Virus record (IMG/VR): IMGVR_UViG_3300042934_000302
Location: 1-58,412 of that record
Source: a virus
Taxonomy: Duplodnaviria; Caudoviricetes
DNA: 58,412 nt
Strand: one strand, 5' to 3'
The position numbers and the translations under genes are program-made. Shown here one piece after another: positions 46,326-54,684 of the stretch (the stretch's first letter is position 1; each line of letters opens with the position of its first letter). The notes beneath the pieces were generated by a model, which did not search any database, was not told the DNA's origin, and saw nothing but the letters and a program-made list of their open reading frames with translations.

Positions 46326-46342
46326 TTATACGAAAGGGGACG

Positions 46343-47641
46343 ATTAAAACGAAATTAAAACGATTGTTTGCGCCATTTGCGATTGCAATGGCGTTTTTAT
46401 TATGCTTACCTATGGCAACATTCGCAGCACCACGGGTTGACTTCATTGACGTTAGCCACTGGAACAATTCGTCGGGCCTGCCATTATCCTTTTACCAAAC
46501 GTTAAAGGCCGGTGGCATCGATAGTGTAGTCGTAAAGGTGTCGGACGGCACGAACTATATCGATCCGACTGCGAGTGTGAACGTAGCCAACGCGAATCAA
46601 GCGGGCATGATTGTCAACGCGTACCACTTCGCCCGGCTTACGAGTGCCGCGGATGCCACAAATGAGGCGAAATGGTTCGATCGCCAGCTACGATACGTTG
46701 GCTTCGATAAACTTCGCGATGGCATTGTCGTCGTGGATGTCGAAGTGCCAACGGCAAGACGCGATAAGCTCACAGAGTACACGAATACGTTCATAAGCAC
46801 GATGCATCAACTTGGATACCCGACCGTCGATGTTTATACGGGATCGAGTTTCTACCACGGTAATTTAGATGCGTCGAAGCTATCCGTTAAAGATCCGTGG
46901 CTAGCACGTTATAACGGTGGCACCTCAGAACCTACGTGGCATAATGGAAATAAAGGCGCGTGGCAATGGTCAAGCTCGTATCATTTCGCTGGCATTTCGG
47001 GCAACTTCGATGTATCGCAAGACTTCGCGGGCAAGTATACGAATACTTACATTACGCCGAATGCAACGCCGACTGGTGAGACGAAAAAGATCGGCAGTGT
47101 TTCGCTCGTTAACTGGATGAAGTCGAAGGGCATGGCGTGGTCATACGATGCGCGCGCTAAACTGGCCGCTAAATACGGCATCACGAATTATGGCGGAACA
47201 GCAGCGCAAAACCTCGCATTACTGTCGAAATTGAAAAGCGGCGTGAAACCGGTAAAACTCGTCAATGACGCAAATTATCTTCCGATATCTACGAAGAAAA
47301 TCGTGCTCACGAATAAAGCGTATCTCTATCGCGGCGTCGAGTTCAAATCGAAGTATCGCGTGCGTGGTTACGCAAAGGGTACGAAGTTTACGATCTCCGG
47401 ATATAGGCGATCAGCCATCGGAACTATTCGCCTGCGTACAAAATCAGGCTACTACATTACCGCGAATAAAAAGTATGCGAAAGCAGCGAAGGCGTCGAAA
47501 TCATCACGAAAGTATACGGTACGCGCCGGTGATGCGCTATGGTCGATTGCCCACGCGAAGCATACGACAGTGGCACGGCTGAAATCGTTGAACAAGCTTC
47601 ACAGCAACGTAATTCATATCGGTGACAAATTGAACTATTAA
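46343..47641 (+). CDS. Endolysin: signal peptide, GH25 muramidase, DUF3597-like, DUF5776-like and LysM domains (start uncertain, 46343-46364)
   Basis: FIDVSHWN, AYHF, VDVE, WQWSS, FDVS; NYGGTAAQNLALL; YITANKKY; YTVRAGDALWSIA. Confidence 0.9.
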   Translation: MKTKLKRLFAPFAIAMAFLLCLPMATFAAPRVDFIDVSHWNNSSGLPLSFYQTLKAGGIDSVVVKVSDGTNYIDPTASVNVANANQAGMIVNAYHFARLTSAADATNEAKWFDRQLRYVGFDKLRDGIVVVDVEVPTARRDKLTEYTNTFISTMHQLGYPTVDVYTGSSFYHGNLDASKLSVKDPWLARYNGGTSEPTWHNGNKGAWQWSSSYHFAGISGNFDVSQDFAGKYTNTYITPNATPTGETKKIGSVSLVNWMKSKGMAWSYDARAKLAAKYGITNYGGTAAQNLALLSKLKSGVKPVKLVNDANYLPISTKKIVLTNKAYLYRGVEFKSKYRVRGYAKGTKFTISGYRRSAIGTIRLRTKSGYYITANKKYAKAAKASKSSRKYTVRAGDALWSIAHAKHTTVARLKSLNKLHSNVIHIGDKLNY

Positions 47642-47655
47642 GGAGCGATTAATTA

Positions 47656-47997
47656 ATGGACATTTCTAATTATATTGATACAGCAGTTTTCGCAGTAATT
47701 GGCGCATTGATTACGGCAGCATTCCGGTATGGTGTACCGGTGATTGTCGACTTGCTGATTAAGCTTCACGCTGGGCAACTCGTTAAGGCAGCTGAAGCAA
47801 TTTATAGTGGTAGCGGACTTGGCGATGCAAAGTATCAGTTTGTTGCCGATGCACTCGTAGCTTACGCCGCAAAGTTTCACGTTAAGCTCGATGCTACCCG
47901 TGTGAAAACGTACATTGAAGCGGCAGTGACCGATTTACACGTTGCACTCAATGGTGCCGCGAAACAGATTACGGACGCAACGAACGAAAGTAAATAA
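47656..47997 (+). CDS. Holin (LL-H-like)
   Basis: N-terminal TM, VKAAE, IEAAV. Confidence 0.75.
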   Translation: MDISNYIDTAVFAVIGALITAAFRYGVPVIVDLLIKLHAGQLVKAAEAIYSGSGLGDAKYQFVADALVAYAAKFHVKLDATRVKTYIEAAVTDLHVALNGAAKQITDATNESK

Positions 47998-48118
47998 CGA
48001 TTGACCGCGAGTGTGAACGAAAATAGTACGAAAGTTTTCGTTTGCACTTGCATACATAATAGTACCGCGGTAAGATGATGCTAACGATAAAATACGAATT
48101 GAAAACGGAGTGATTACG

Positions 48119-48535
48119 ATGGGATTCTGGAAAGAAGCGTTGCGCGAACGTGTGAATGTCGAAGTGCTGGCTGGTCACCCAACGAATGCGAAATACGTCA
48201 ACATTGCGAGCGGCGATGCGCCAGGCGAAATCCTCGTTGAAGTTGGGCCACGTACCAAACGTGCATATAAGCCGGACAGCATTCGTTGGTCGGAATCATC
48301 GACGCGCAGCAGTGGTGCAGCTGCAGCAGGCGGAATTGCTGGCGGGCTGATCGGTGGCGCGATCGGTGGGATCGCAGGTGCTGCAGTTGGCGGGCGTAAG
48401 CATGATAATTCGAAGGCATACGTGGATCTCGTAGATGCCGAAACTGGCGAAGAAGTTACGTTGCATATTCGATGCAATGCCGCGCAATATCGGCAGATTG
48501 ACGCGTTGATTAGGAGAACGAATACGGCGAAGTAG
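48119..48535 (+). CDS. Moron protein with glycine-zipper segment
   Basis: GGIAGGLIGGAIGGIAGAAVGG; own promoter TTGCAT-17-TAAGAT (48048-48076) and terminator. Confidence 0.75.
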   Translation: MGFWKEALRERVNVEVLAGHPTNAKYVNIASGDAPGEILVEVGPRTKRAYKPDSIRWSESSTRSSGAAAAGGIAGGLIGGAIGGIAGAAVGGRKHDNSKAYVDLVDAETGEEVTLHIRCNAAQYRQIDALIRRTNTAK

Positions 48536-48555
48536 AACGTAATACGTTGTAATAC

Positions 48556-48598
48556 AAAACCCCTTACGATTAATTTCGTAGGGGGCGTTTTTTTGTTT
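48556..48598. terminator. Bidirectional intrinsic terminator
   Basis: aaaaccccttacga-ttaatt-tcgtagggggcgttttttt between convergent genes. Confidence 0.7.
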
Positions 48599-49052
48599 AT
48601 CGTATGCCAGCGATTTTATCTCGTAGCTCATCAAGCAGAGACGGTTGACATTCCATCGGAAGCGGAAAATCTACGTAATCATTCGTGAACCGCGACAACT
48701 TAGATACGTAGCATTTCGGTGGATGCGTTCGAAGGCATATCGATACTTTTCCGGAAACTTCCGAAATAGGCACGTAATAAATTTCGTTATTTACTCGATT
48801 ATGAATAGCGATGATATCGACTTCCCCACGATGATACCCGTTTGTATCGTTATTTCCCCGAAGGCTAACCTTTATTTCTCCGTTACTTTCGAATGAACTT
48901 TTAACCTGGATAAAATATCTAACGCTAGCTGTCTCAACGCTTAGATCGTATCTTGGATTGCCTGTCGGCATTATTACATCGAATCCCATTTCCGTTAGCT
49001 TATACGCGACAAAATACTCGCTTAGTTTACCCTTTTGGTGTCTATCGTACAT
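48597..49052 (-). CDS. PD-(D/E)XK endonuclease (PDDEXK_5-like), free-standing
   Basis: KGKLSE, RYDL, IQVKS, Y...EVDII. Confidence 0.82.
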   Translation of the reverse strand: MYDRHQKGKLSEYFVAYKLTEMGFDVIMPTGNPRYDLSVETASVRYFIQVKSSFESNGEIKVSLRGNNDTNGYHRGEVDIIAIHNRVNNEIYYVPISEVSGKVSICLRTHPPKCYVSKLSRFTNDYVDFPLPMECQPSLLDELRDKIAGIR

Positions 49053-49065
49053 GGCCTCGTCTCCT

Positions 49066-49101
49066 CACTGTATAATACGTATGCCAACGGTAAATCACGC
49101 A
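49066..49101 (-). promoter_or_regulatory. Putative phage-sigma promoter TGCGTG-N16-CGTATTATACAGTG
   Basis: Third copy, same spacing. Confidence 0.7.
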
Positions 49102-49151
49102 GTTTTATCGATTTTATTTTCTATGCTAAACTAATATGTATATGCGCTTTA

Positions 49152-49180
49152 TTGACAAATAGTATTCTACGAATTATACT
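49152..49180 (+). promoter_or_regulatory. Near-consensus sigmaA promoter TTGACA-17-TATACT pointing into attP
   Basis: Direct reading of the sequence. Confidence 0.7.
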
Positions 49181-49253
49181 TCGAATATACCAAATGCTAG
49201 ATTTCGCTTGACACACCGGGACTCTACCCGTTAGGTCAACGTGTATATATTAC

Positions 49254-49310
49254 CGCATGACTCAAAATCATGTTCCTTCGGGAGTGTCGGTTCGACCCCG
49301 ACCACCGGTA
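49254..49310 (+). other. attP core: 3' portion of tRNA-Leu(CAA)
   Basis: Anticodon arm CATGA-CTCAAAA-TCATG, long variable arm, T arm GTCGG-TTCGACC-CCGAC, acceptor 3' strand CACCGGTA; 5' half absent; adjacent to the integrase. Confidence 0.92.
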
Positions 49311-49340
49311 TTAGAGTTATACGTGAAATACCGTGACACA

Positions 49341-49376
49341 GCGGACTCTACTTCGGTAGGGTTCGTTTTTTTGTTT
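49341..49376 (+). terminator. Intrinsic terminator after the tRNA fragment
   Basis: GCGGACTCTAC-TTCG-GTAGGGTTCGT plus T run. Confidence 0.8.
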
Positions 49377-49392
49377 ATGTAGGAACATTATT

Positions 49393-49426
49393 TATGCGCG
49401 AAAATTATGCGCCACGAACTATGCGC
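49393..49426 (+). repeat. Three TATGCGC direct repeats (fourth at 49141), probable integrase arm-type sites
   Basis: Copies at 49141, 49393, 49406 and 49420 flank the att core. Confidence 0.65.
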
Positions 49427-49449
49427 ACACTCAAAGGAGGATTACGTAA

Positions 49450-50421
49450 TTGCGAAGAAGAAACGACTTGTCAGCAGACGAAATCGCGAAAGTTAATGGG
49501 CTAGTAACAGCCGAATCATTTACGTTAGACGAACTTGTTGATCTGTTCATTAACGATTGTAAGGTGAAGGATCTGCGCGAATATACACAAATAGATTATC
49601 GTAATGATATCCATGCATTCTCGAAATATTTACGTGAACAAGACGTTGATCCACACCCGTCAACAGTAACTACTGATGAAATTAAAGAAAATTTTATTCT
49701 ATACGCTAAAGAAATAAAAAATATTAAGCCAGTGTCGATTAATACTCGTATTCGGTCATTAAAGGTATTCTTTAACTTTTTGAAACGCAACCATTATATT
49801 AAAGACAACCCAATGGAAAGTATTACTCAGCTGAAGCACCGCAATAGAATAATTCCAACGTTTTCTAACAGGCAAATCAATGATTTATTCAATAAAGTTA
49901 ATCTTCGGACATTTACGGGCATTCGCGACCTAACTATTATGAAACTGATGCTGGACATCGGGGTCCGCGTAAATGAATTAATTAACATCGATGTATATGA
50001 TGTGAAACTAGATGACTCAATGGTCCACGTTAGAAAAACTAAAGGATATAATGAGAGAATGTTGCCAATATCTACTGAAATGCGAGAGCAGATAAAAAAA
50101 TATATACGGATTCGAGGACGTCTAACTACCGATGCATTGTTTGTTACAGTAGATGGAGGCAGATTATCTAAGCGGCAAGTTCAGAACCGTGTTATAAAGT
50201 ACGGGAATGATGCTAAGATTGTCGGGGTACGCTGTTCTCCGCATACATTTCGGCATACGTTCGCTAAGATGTCTGTACAAAACGGTGCAAATATATTCGA
50301 CTTACAGATGATGCTTGGTCATACGTCGATGGAAATGGTCCGTATTTACGTTAATCTATTCGGTAATGATGTACGCGAAAAACATAGAGAGTTCTCGCCA
50401 TTAAAAAACCTACACAAATAA
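49450..50421 (+). CDS. int: Tyrosine integrase
   Basis: GVRVNEL (R), KTKG (K), HTFRH, LGH, IYVN (Y). Confidence 0.95.
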   Translation: MRRRNDLSADEIAKVNGLVTAESFTLDELVDLFINDCKVKDLREYTQIDYRNDIHAFSKYLREQDVDPHPSTVTTDEIKENFILYAKEIKNIKPVSINTRIRSLKVFFNFLKRNHYIKDNPMESITQLKHRNRIIPTFSNRQINDLFNKVNLRTFTGIRDLTIMKLMLDIGVRVNELINIDVYDVKLDDSMVHVRKTKGYNERMLPISTEMREQIKKYIRIRGRLTTDALFVTVDGGRLSKRQVQNRVIKYGNDAKIVGVRCSPHTFRHTFAKMSVQNGANIFDLQMMLGHTSMEMVRIYVNLFGNDVREKHREFSPLKNLHK

Positions 50422-50486
50422 AAAATAAAAGCCACCGGTACTGGAATACCGGCAGCCATTCGTGAGTAAACACGAGTTATACACCA
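50415..50486 (-). ncRNA. Putative antisense counter-transcript RNA upstream of the rep-like gene
   Basis: Minus-strand TTGCCA-17-TATAAT (50520-50492), hairpin CCGGTA..TACCGG and U-tract at 50430-50416. Confidence 0.55.
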
Positions 50487-50539
50487 TCTATATTATACCT
50501 CGTTTACTCATTCGTGGCAAGGCGGAGAGGGTTTTTATC

Positions 50540-51361
50540 ATGCCTTATTACGATGAATATACGCAATATCAGTCGTTCGCATCAATCGATGAATTGAACG
50601 ATACTTCTTACGCATACCTCGATCAATTTTCCGATCAACTTACGAACTCCACAATCGATATTTTCAAACGAATCACGCGCTACTCATGCGTTGTTATTGG
50701 CGTTAGCTGGCTTAAAGTACGCACGCTTGCGTCAATACTCGATAAGTCCGAAAAGACCGTTAGACGCGCCCTCAAGCAGTTAGAAACGTTACATATTATT
50801 CGACGAGTGCCTACGATACGGTCGCAAGGTGGACGCGGGTATGATATCGTAGTCATCCAGCCGATGTCCACTCGTGACCAGTCGAAAATTCCGCATGACA
50901 TCGCCCCTAATAAGCCCTTCGAAACTTTAGAAACTACTAAATCAAATAATCTATTAAATAAACGTAGCACAGAAAAACACGCTGATTCCAGTACGCGCGA
51001 AAATGCTACTGAATTGGATCACGCATTCGTTAGCGAACGAGTGCCGGAAGTATTCGTAAAAGCAGTAAAGCCGTTTTTTGATAATGCACGTGTGATCGAA
51101 TCATTTTGGTACCGATCAAATATCGCCGCGTGGAAGAACACGGTCGATGATGAAGATGAAACGAAGTTGAATGTCGCGTTATCCTCATTCCGTCAAACTA
51201 TTCGTGGGTTAAAGTTCGGGCGCGTACGTGATAAGTTTGCCTATTTCTATCGTATTGCTTATCGAAAATTTAATGCCGAATATGAACGCGAATTGGATGA
51301 AATAGCGGAACGCGAAGGATTAACATTCAATTTCGACAACTTACCGGCATGGATAAAATAA
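50540..51361 (+). CDS. Winged-HTH Rep-like protein
   Basis: TLASILDKSEKTVRRALKQLETLHII; ATG 50540 after ggagagg. Confidence 0.7.
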   Translation: MPYYDEYTQYQSFASIDELNDTSYAYLDQFSDQLTNSTIDIFKRITRYSCVVIGVSWLKVRTLASILDKSEKTVRRALKQLETLHIIRRVPTIRSQGGRGYDIVVIQPMSTRDQSKIPHDIAPNKPFETLETTKSNNLLNKRSTEKHADSSTRENATELDHAFVSERVPEVFVKAVKPFFDNARVIESFWYRSNIAAWKNTVDDEDETKLNVALSSFRQTIRGLKFGRVRDKFAYFYRIAYRKFNAEYERELDEIAEREGLTFNFDNLPAWIK

Positions 51362-51379
51362 AAAAAGTTATCGAAAATG

Positions 51380-51415
51380 TGCGTGGAATCGATTTGGCAT
51401 TCGTATAAGATAGTG
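51380..51415 (+). promoter_or_regulatory. Putative phage-sigma promoter TGCGTG-N16-CGTATAAGATAGTG
   Basis: Fourth copy; heads the replication operon. Confidence 0.7.
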
Positions 51416-51444
51416 AAGGTTATTTTATACGGGTAGGTGATCGA

Positions 51445-51969
51445 ATGGAGTTATCTGAAATGAGAAGGCATGGAGCATGCGCCGAATTAAAAGTCGCTGC
51501 GGATATCGCGGATAAGGGTTATATTCCGTACCGTCCAATGGTTGAAAACACAAAAAGCGATATGGTCATCGATATTAATGATCGAACACTTCGGGTTCAG
51601 GTGAAAAGTGGATATTCTGACGGTGACAAAATAAACGTTGATTTACGTAGACCAAGTGCAGCGAATCCATTTTACGAAAAGAATGATTTCGATATACTTG
51701 CGATTTACGATGGTACAACAGGGCAAGTTGCATATCTAAACTGGCGCGACGTACCCAATAAACGTGGAATGGTGTTACGTTTTACACCGGAAACAAACAA
51801 TAATGGGTTTGTTGCGAAACATGGGCGTAAATTCTTCGCGGATTACATGGATATTGAGAAAGCAGCGCCACAGGAGAAGGTGAGCGAATGCAAGACAATC
51901 TCGTTACTGTCGAGACTCAGACAGAGCTGTCTGCAACAACAGGAGAACGAGAATCGCGAATCTTCCTAA
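51445..51969 (+). CDS. PD-(D/E)XK endonuclease (PDDEXK_5-like), free-standing
   Basis: GACAE, SDMVID, VQVKS, Y...DFDILAIYD. Confidence 0.82.
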   Translation: MELSEMRRHGACAELKVAADIADKGYIPYRPMVENTKSDMVIDINDRTLRVQVKSGYSDGDKINVDLRRPSAANPFYEKNDFDILAIYDGTTGQVAYLNWRDVPNKRGMVLRFTPETNNNGFVAKHGRKFFADYMDIEKAAPQEKVSECKTISLLSRLRQSCLQQQENENRESS

Positions 51970-52310
51970 AAATGTATGTTGACGCAGTACACTCTGGGTT
52001 AATAGGAGATCTCGGTCCAGAACGATGGCAAACGTTATGTGTCATTGCCGCATTCATGAACGAGAAAGGCGAGTGTTGGCCGACACAGGAACAAATAGCC
52101 AGTCGTTTAAATATTCGTCGCGAAGCCGTTAGCAAGCGCATCAAAGCACTCGCGGAATACACATGGCAGGGACGACACCTAATTCGTACAGTTCGTAAAA
52201 GAGACGAGCACTCAAAGGCGTGGCAGAATACACGATATACGATCCTTCCAGTCAGCCAATTCGCTATTTTTGACGGGGAAATAGAGCCACTTGCGATAGA
52301 GCGAACATAG
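51888..52310 (+). CDS. Winged-HTH replication-initiator-like protein 2 (HTH_36-like)
   Basis: GECWPTQEQIASRLNIRREAVSKRIKAL...NTRYTI; RBS aaggtg. Confidence 0.8.
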   Translation: MQDNLVTVETQTELSATTGERESRIFLKMYVDAVHSGLIGDLGPERWQTLCVIAAFMNEKGECWPTQEQIASRLNIRREAVSKRIKALAEYTWQGRHLIRTVRKRDEHSKAWQNTRYTILPVSQFAIFDGEIEPLAIERT

Positions 52311-52345
52311 CTCGTTCAAATGTGGCTGATGATCACACTATCTAT

Positions 52346-52379
52346 AACTAATCTTTAACAAGAACTAATCTTTAACAAG
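52346..52379 (+). repeat. Tandem 17-bp AT-rich repeat AACTAATCTTTAACAAG x2
   Basis: 52346-52362 and 52363-52379. Confidence 0.85.
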
Positions 52380-52382
52380 ATA

Positions 52383-52512
52383 AATACATTGCAGCACTCA
52401 CTAACGTTCGTACTGCTACGCTATTATTACCATACATTAGTTCGCGAAGATATTTAAAAGAACTTTGTGGAACAAAGAAAAGAAAAAGTTTCGCTAAAAA
52501 GAAAAGAAAGAA
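52383..52512 (+). repeat. Origin-like non-coding element, copy 2
   Basis: Homologous to 23488-23619. Confidence 0.85.
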
Positions 52513-52523
52513 GGTTGAGCACG

Positions 52524-53006
52524 ATGACCACACCGAATCACACCGAAATTATCGCGAAAATAGGCGTCATTGAAACGAATCACTGTCAGTATTGCGAAAA
52601 GTGGGCGAATCAGGCGCATAATCACGAAGCTGCCGATGTTTGTACTGGTTGCCTGTATTATGCAAAGATCCGTGAGCTTGGCGATCAGCTCGATATTAAC
52701 GGTAGCAAGCAGAATATGGATTCGCTCGATATGACGGTTGACGAGTTTAATGCGTACCGATCACGCGGGCTTCGATTGATCGACATTGCCGAGGAAAAGG
52801 GCGTAAATGTCGGTAAGATTAAAACTTGGCAACGGAGGAACGGTATATCTATACGAAGCCAAAAAGCCCCGATAAAATACGACATGTATCGCAAACTCCG
52901 CGATGAAGGGTTATCGTTAAATGGCGTTGCCAAGCGACTACACCGCGACCCACGTACGTTAAAGTCGTGGCTAGCGAAAATGGAAAAGGAGGTAGTAAAC
53001 GCATGA
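52524..53006 (+). CDS. Zinc-finger (C2..C..C, zf-C2HCIx2C-like) plus HTH protein
   Basis: HCQYC...CTGC...IRELGDQL and two short HTH-like repeats. Confidence 0.7.
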   Translation: MTTPNHTEIIAKIGVIETNHCQYCEKWANQAHNHEAADVCTGCLYYAKIRELGDQLDINGSKQNMDSLDMTVDEFNAYRSRGLRLIDIAEEKGVNVGKIKTWQRRNGISIRSQKAPIKYDMYRKLRDEGLSLNGVAKRLHRDPRTLKSWLAKMEKEVVNA

Positions 53007-53305
53007 TCGATATCCCTATTTTAGACGGAAAGTATCGTATTACGAGCGACCCATTAACGTACGTCATAAGTGAACGTCGCGTAATCGATCCAACTAAGTC
53101 ACCGAATTGGGCGAAAATGAAAGCCGAAGGTAAGTCGCCAGCACCACGAATTGAATACCGTGAATTATCGTATCCGAGCACGATGGAGTATGCGTTGCAG
53201 TACATCATTGATCGCGAGGTTAAATCGTCAAATGTTCGGTCGCTTGACGAATACATTGCGGAGATAAAACGACTACGTACAGCCGTGATATTACCGGTGA
53301 AATAG
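53003..53305 (+). CDS. Hypothetical protein
   Basis: ATG 53003 after aaggagg. Confidence 0.7.
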   Translation: MIDIPILDGKYRITSDPLTYVISERRVIDPTKSPNWAKMKAEGKSPAPRIEYRELSYPSTMEYALQYIIDREVKSSNVRSLDEYIAEIKRLRTAVILPVK

Positions 53306-53398
53306 CGTTATAACGTATCCGACGATAGATTGTAAGGGTACGAAAAATAAACGCCATACGCAAGCGATAGACAGCGTAAAACACGAGGAGGAACGACA

Positions 53399-53767
53399 AT
53401 GAACGAAAGTAATTCGAAGGATGTTTACGAATTGAAATTCGAAGTTAGCGAAGATGTTTTGGCTGCATTGAATAAATTAGATGAAGTTAACCCATACCTG
53501 CGTTTATATGCTGCCATTGGGTCGTCTAATGATCTCGATGATCAACGTCTTTGTCGCGAAGGTTATATCGATTTACTCGACGCAGCACTAAGCGGAAAAC
53601 GCGTAGTAAACCCGAAAACTGATCGTGAGCGACTCGAAGAAATACATGATAAATACGTGAGCTATATACACGAAGATTTACCAGCCCCAATCGCTATTTC
53701 CGACCTGAAAACGTTATTACGTATCGCTGGTAAGTCCGTTGGTATCGATGTGGCTGCCGATGAATGA
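53399..53767 (+). CDS. Hypothetical protein
   Basis: RBS gaggagg. Confidence 0.7.
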   Translation: MNESNSKDVYELKFEVSEDVLAALNKLDEVNPYLRLYAAIGSSNDLDDQRLCREGYIDLLDAALSGKRVVNPKTDRERLEEIHDKYVSYIHEDLPAPIAISDLKTLLRIAGKSVGIDVAADE

Positions 53768-53924
53768 GCGTAAACTCCGTGAACTCGAACTTGATGCGAA
53801 AACTGCGGGCGATAACGTGGACAAGTTGCAACGGATTGCTCGCGTAGATGTGCCGGTGCTGATTGCGGAGATTAGGCGATTAAAAATGGAAGGGGATGTT
53901 GCCCCGTGGTTTCTGGTCGATTAA
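53760..53924 (+). CDS. Hypothetical protein
   Basis: Coupled ORF; ARVDVPVLIAEIRRL motif. Confidence 0.6.
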   Translation: MNERKLRELELDAKTAGDNVDKLQRIARVDVPVLIAEIRRLKMEGDVAPWFLVD

Positions 53925-54280
53925 CAACTGATGACTTGTTCGATTTATATAACTTATGGTCGTTATCAACAAACGGATACTGGTCAGATGATGATGAGGA
54001 ATGGCCGTGTTCATCTAAGCTAAAATATTGGGTTAACTTTACCAGCTACGATTCACAGGACGGCCTAGCTTGCGTAGCATCACATTCAGACGCTATGTTC
54101 ATTGCAAAGGCACACGAAGCAATACCACAGTTAGTCAGCGAGGTGCTCGATCTGCGTAACGAGCTGCATCGGTATAAATGCGCACATGAAACTTTGCAAC
54201 GATTAGTCGCGCATATTGATCAAGAAGCACTAGATCAAGCAATCGAAGCATGCAACAGGGGGCTGGGTGACCGTCGATGA
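53906..54280 (+). CDS. Ead/Ea22-like protein
   Basis: DAMFIAKAHEAIPQLVSEV. Confidence 0.6.
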   Translation: MVSGRLTTDDLFDLYNLWSLSTNGYWSDDDEEWPCSSKLKYWVNFTSYDSQDGLACVASHSDAMFIAKAHEAIPQLVSEVLDLRNELHRYKCAHETLQRLVAHIDQEALDQAIEACNRGLGDRR

Positions 54281-54678
54281 CTAAACGTAGCCCAGGCGCA
54301 GATTACGAATCAGTTCCGATCCCCGAATGGAACGTATCACATTTTCACGCGTGGTTAATTGCGGAAACGAAATCACGATTTAACGTCGACTACGCACCAT
54401 TCGGCCGCGGAACGTTAGCTTCACGTTGGCTTGCCGAAAAGGGCATGTTGAAGCAGGCGTGCGCGACGTATGGGAACGAAGTCATGCGCCGGTTCATCGA
54501 ACGATGCCTCGAAAGCTACCGGCCGACACCACAATACCCTGCGATCAATTTCGGCTTCATGTACTCGTATCGACGCGACGAATTGCAAAGAGCGCAGGCA
54601 GACGTGGTGCGAACGAATGCTGACGATAGAAAGACGCAGATTGTCGATGATGACGTGGATTTGAGCGAATTTATTTAA
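54277..54678 (+). CDS. Hypothetical protein upstream of the helicase loader
   Basis: Coupled ORF; acidic tail. Confidence 0.7.
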   Translation: MTKRSPGADYESVPIPEWNVSHFHAWLIAETKSRFNVDYAPFGRGTLASRWLAEKGMLKQACATYGNEVMRRFIERCLESYRPTPQYPAINFGFMYSYRRDELQRAQADVVRTNADDRKTQIVDDDVDLSEFI

Positions 54679-54684
54679 CGGGAG

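Noticed and set aside
46232-46342. Track start of the endolysin ORF
   Set aside because: It overlaps the XhlA-like gene, has no RBS, and would bury the signal peptide
48524-48549. An eighth cassette junction (GGCGAAG-TAGAACGT-AATACGTTG) after the glycine-zipper moron
   Set aside because: The central block is one base short and no matching entry site was seen; left uncalled pending a PWM scan
49254-49310. Functional phage tRNA-Leu gene
   Set aside because: The 5' acceptor strand and D arm are missing; it is an att core
52467-52523. N-terminal extension MEQRKEKVSLKRKERR of the zinc-finger gene
   Set aside because: It is a translation of the duplicated non-coding purine block; ATG 52524 is the likelier start
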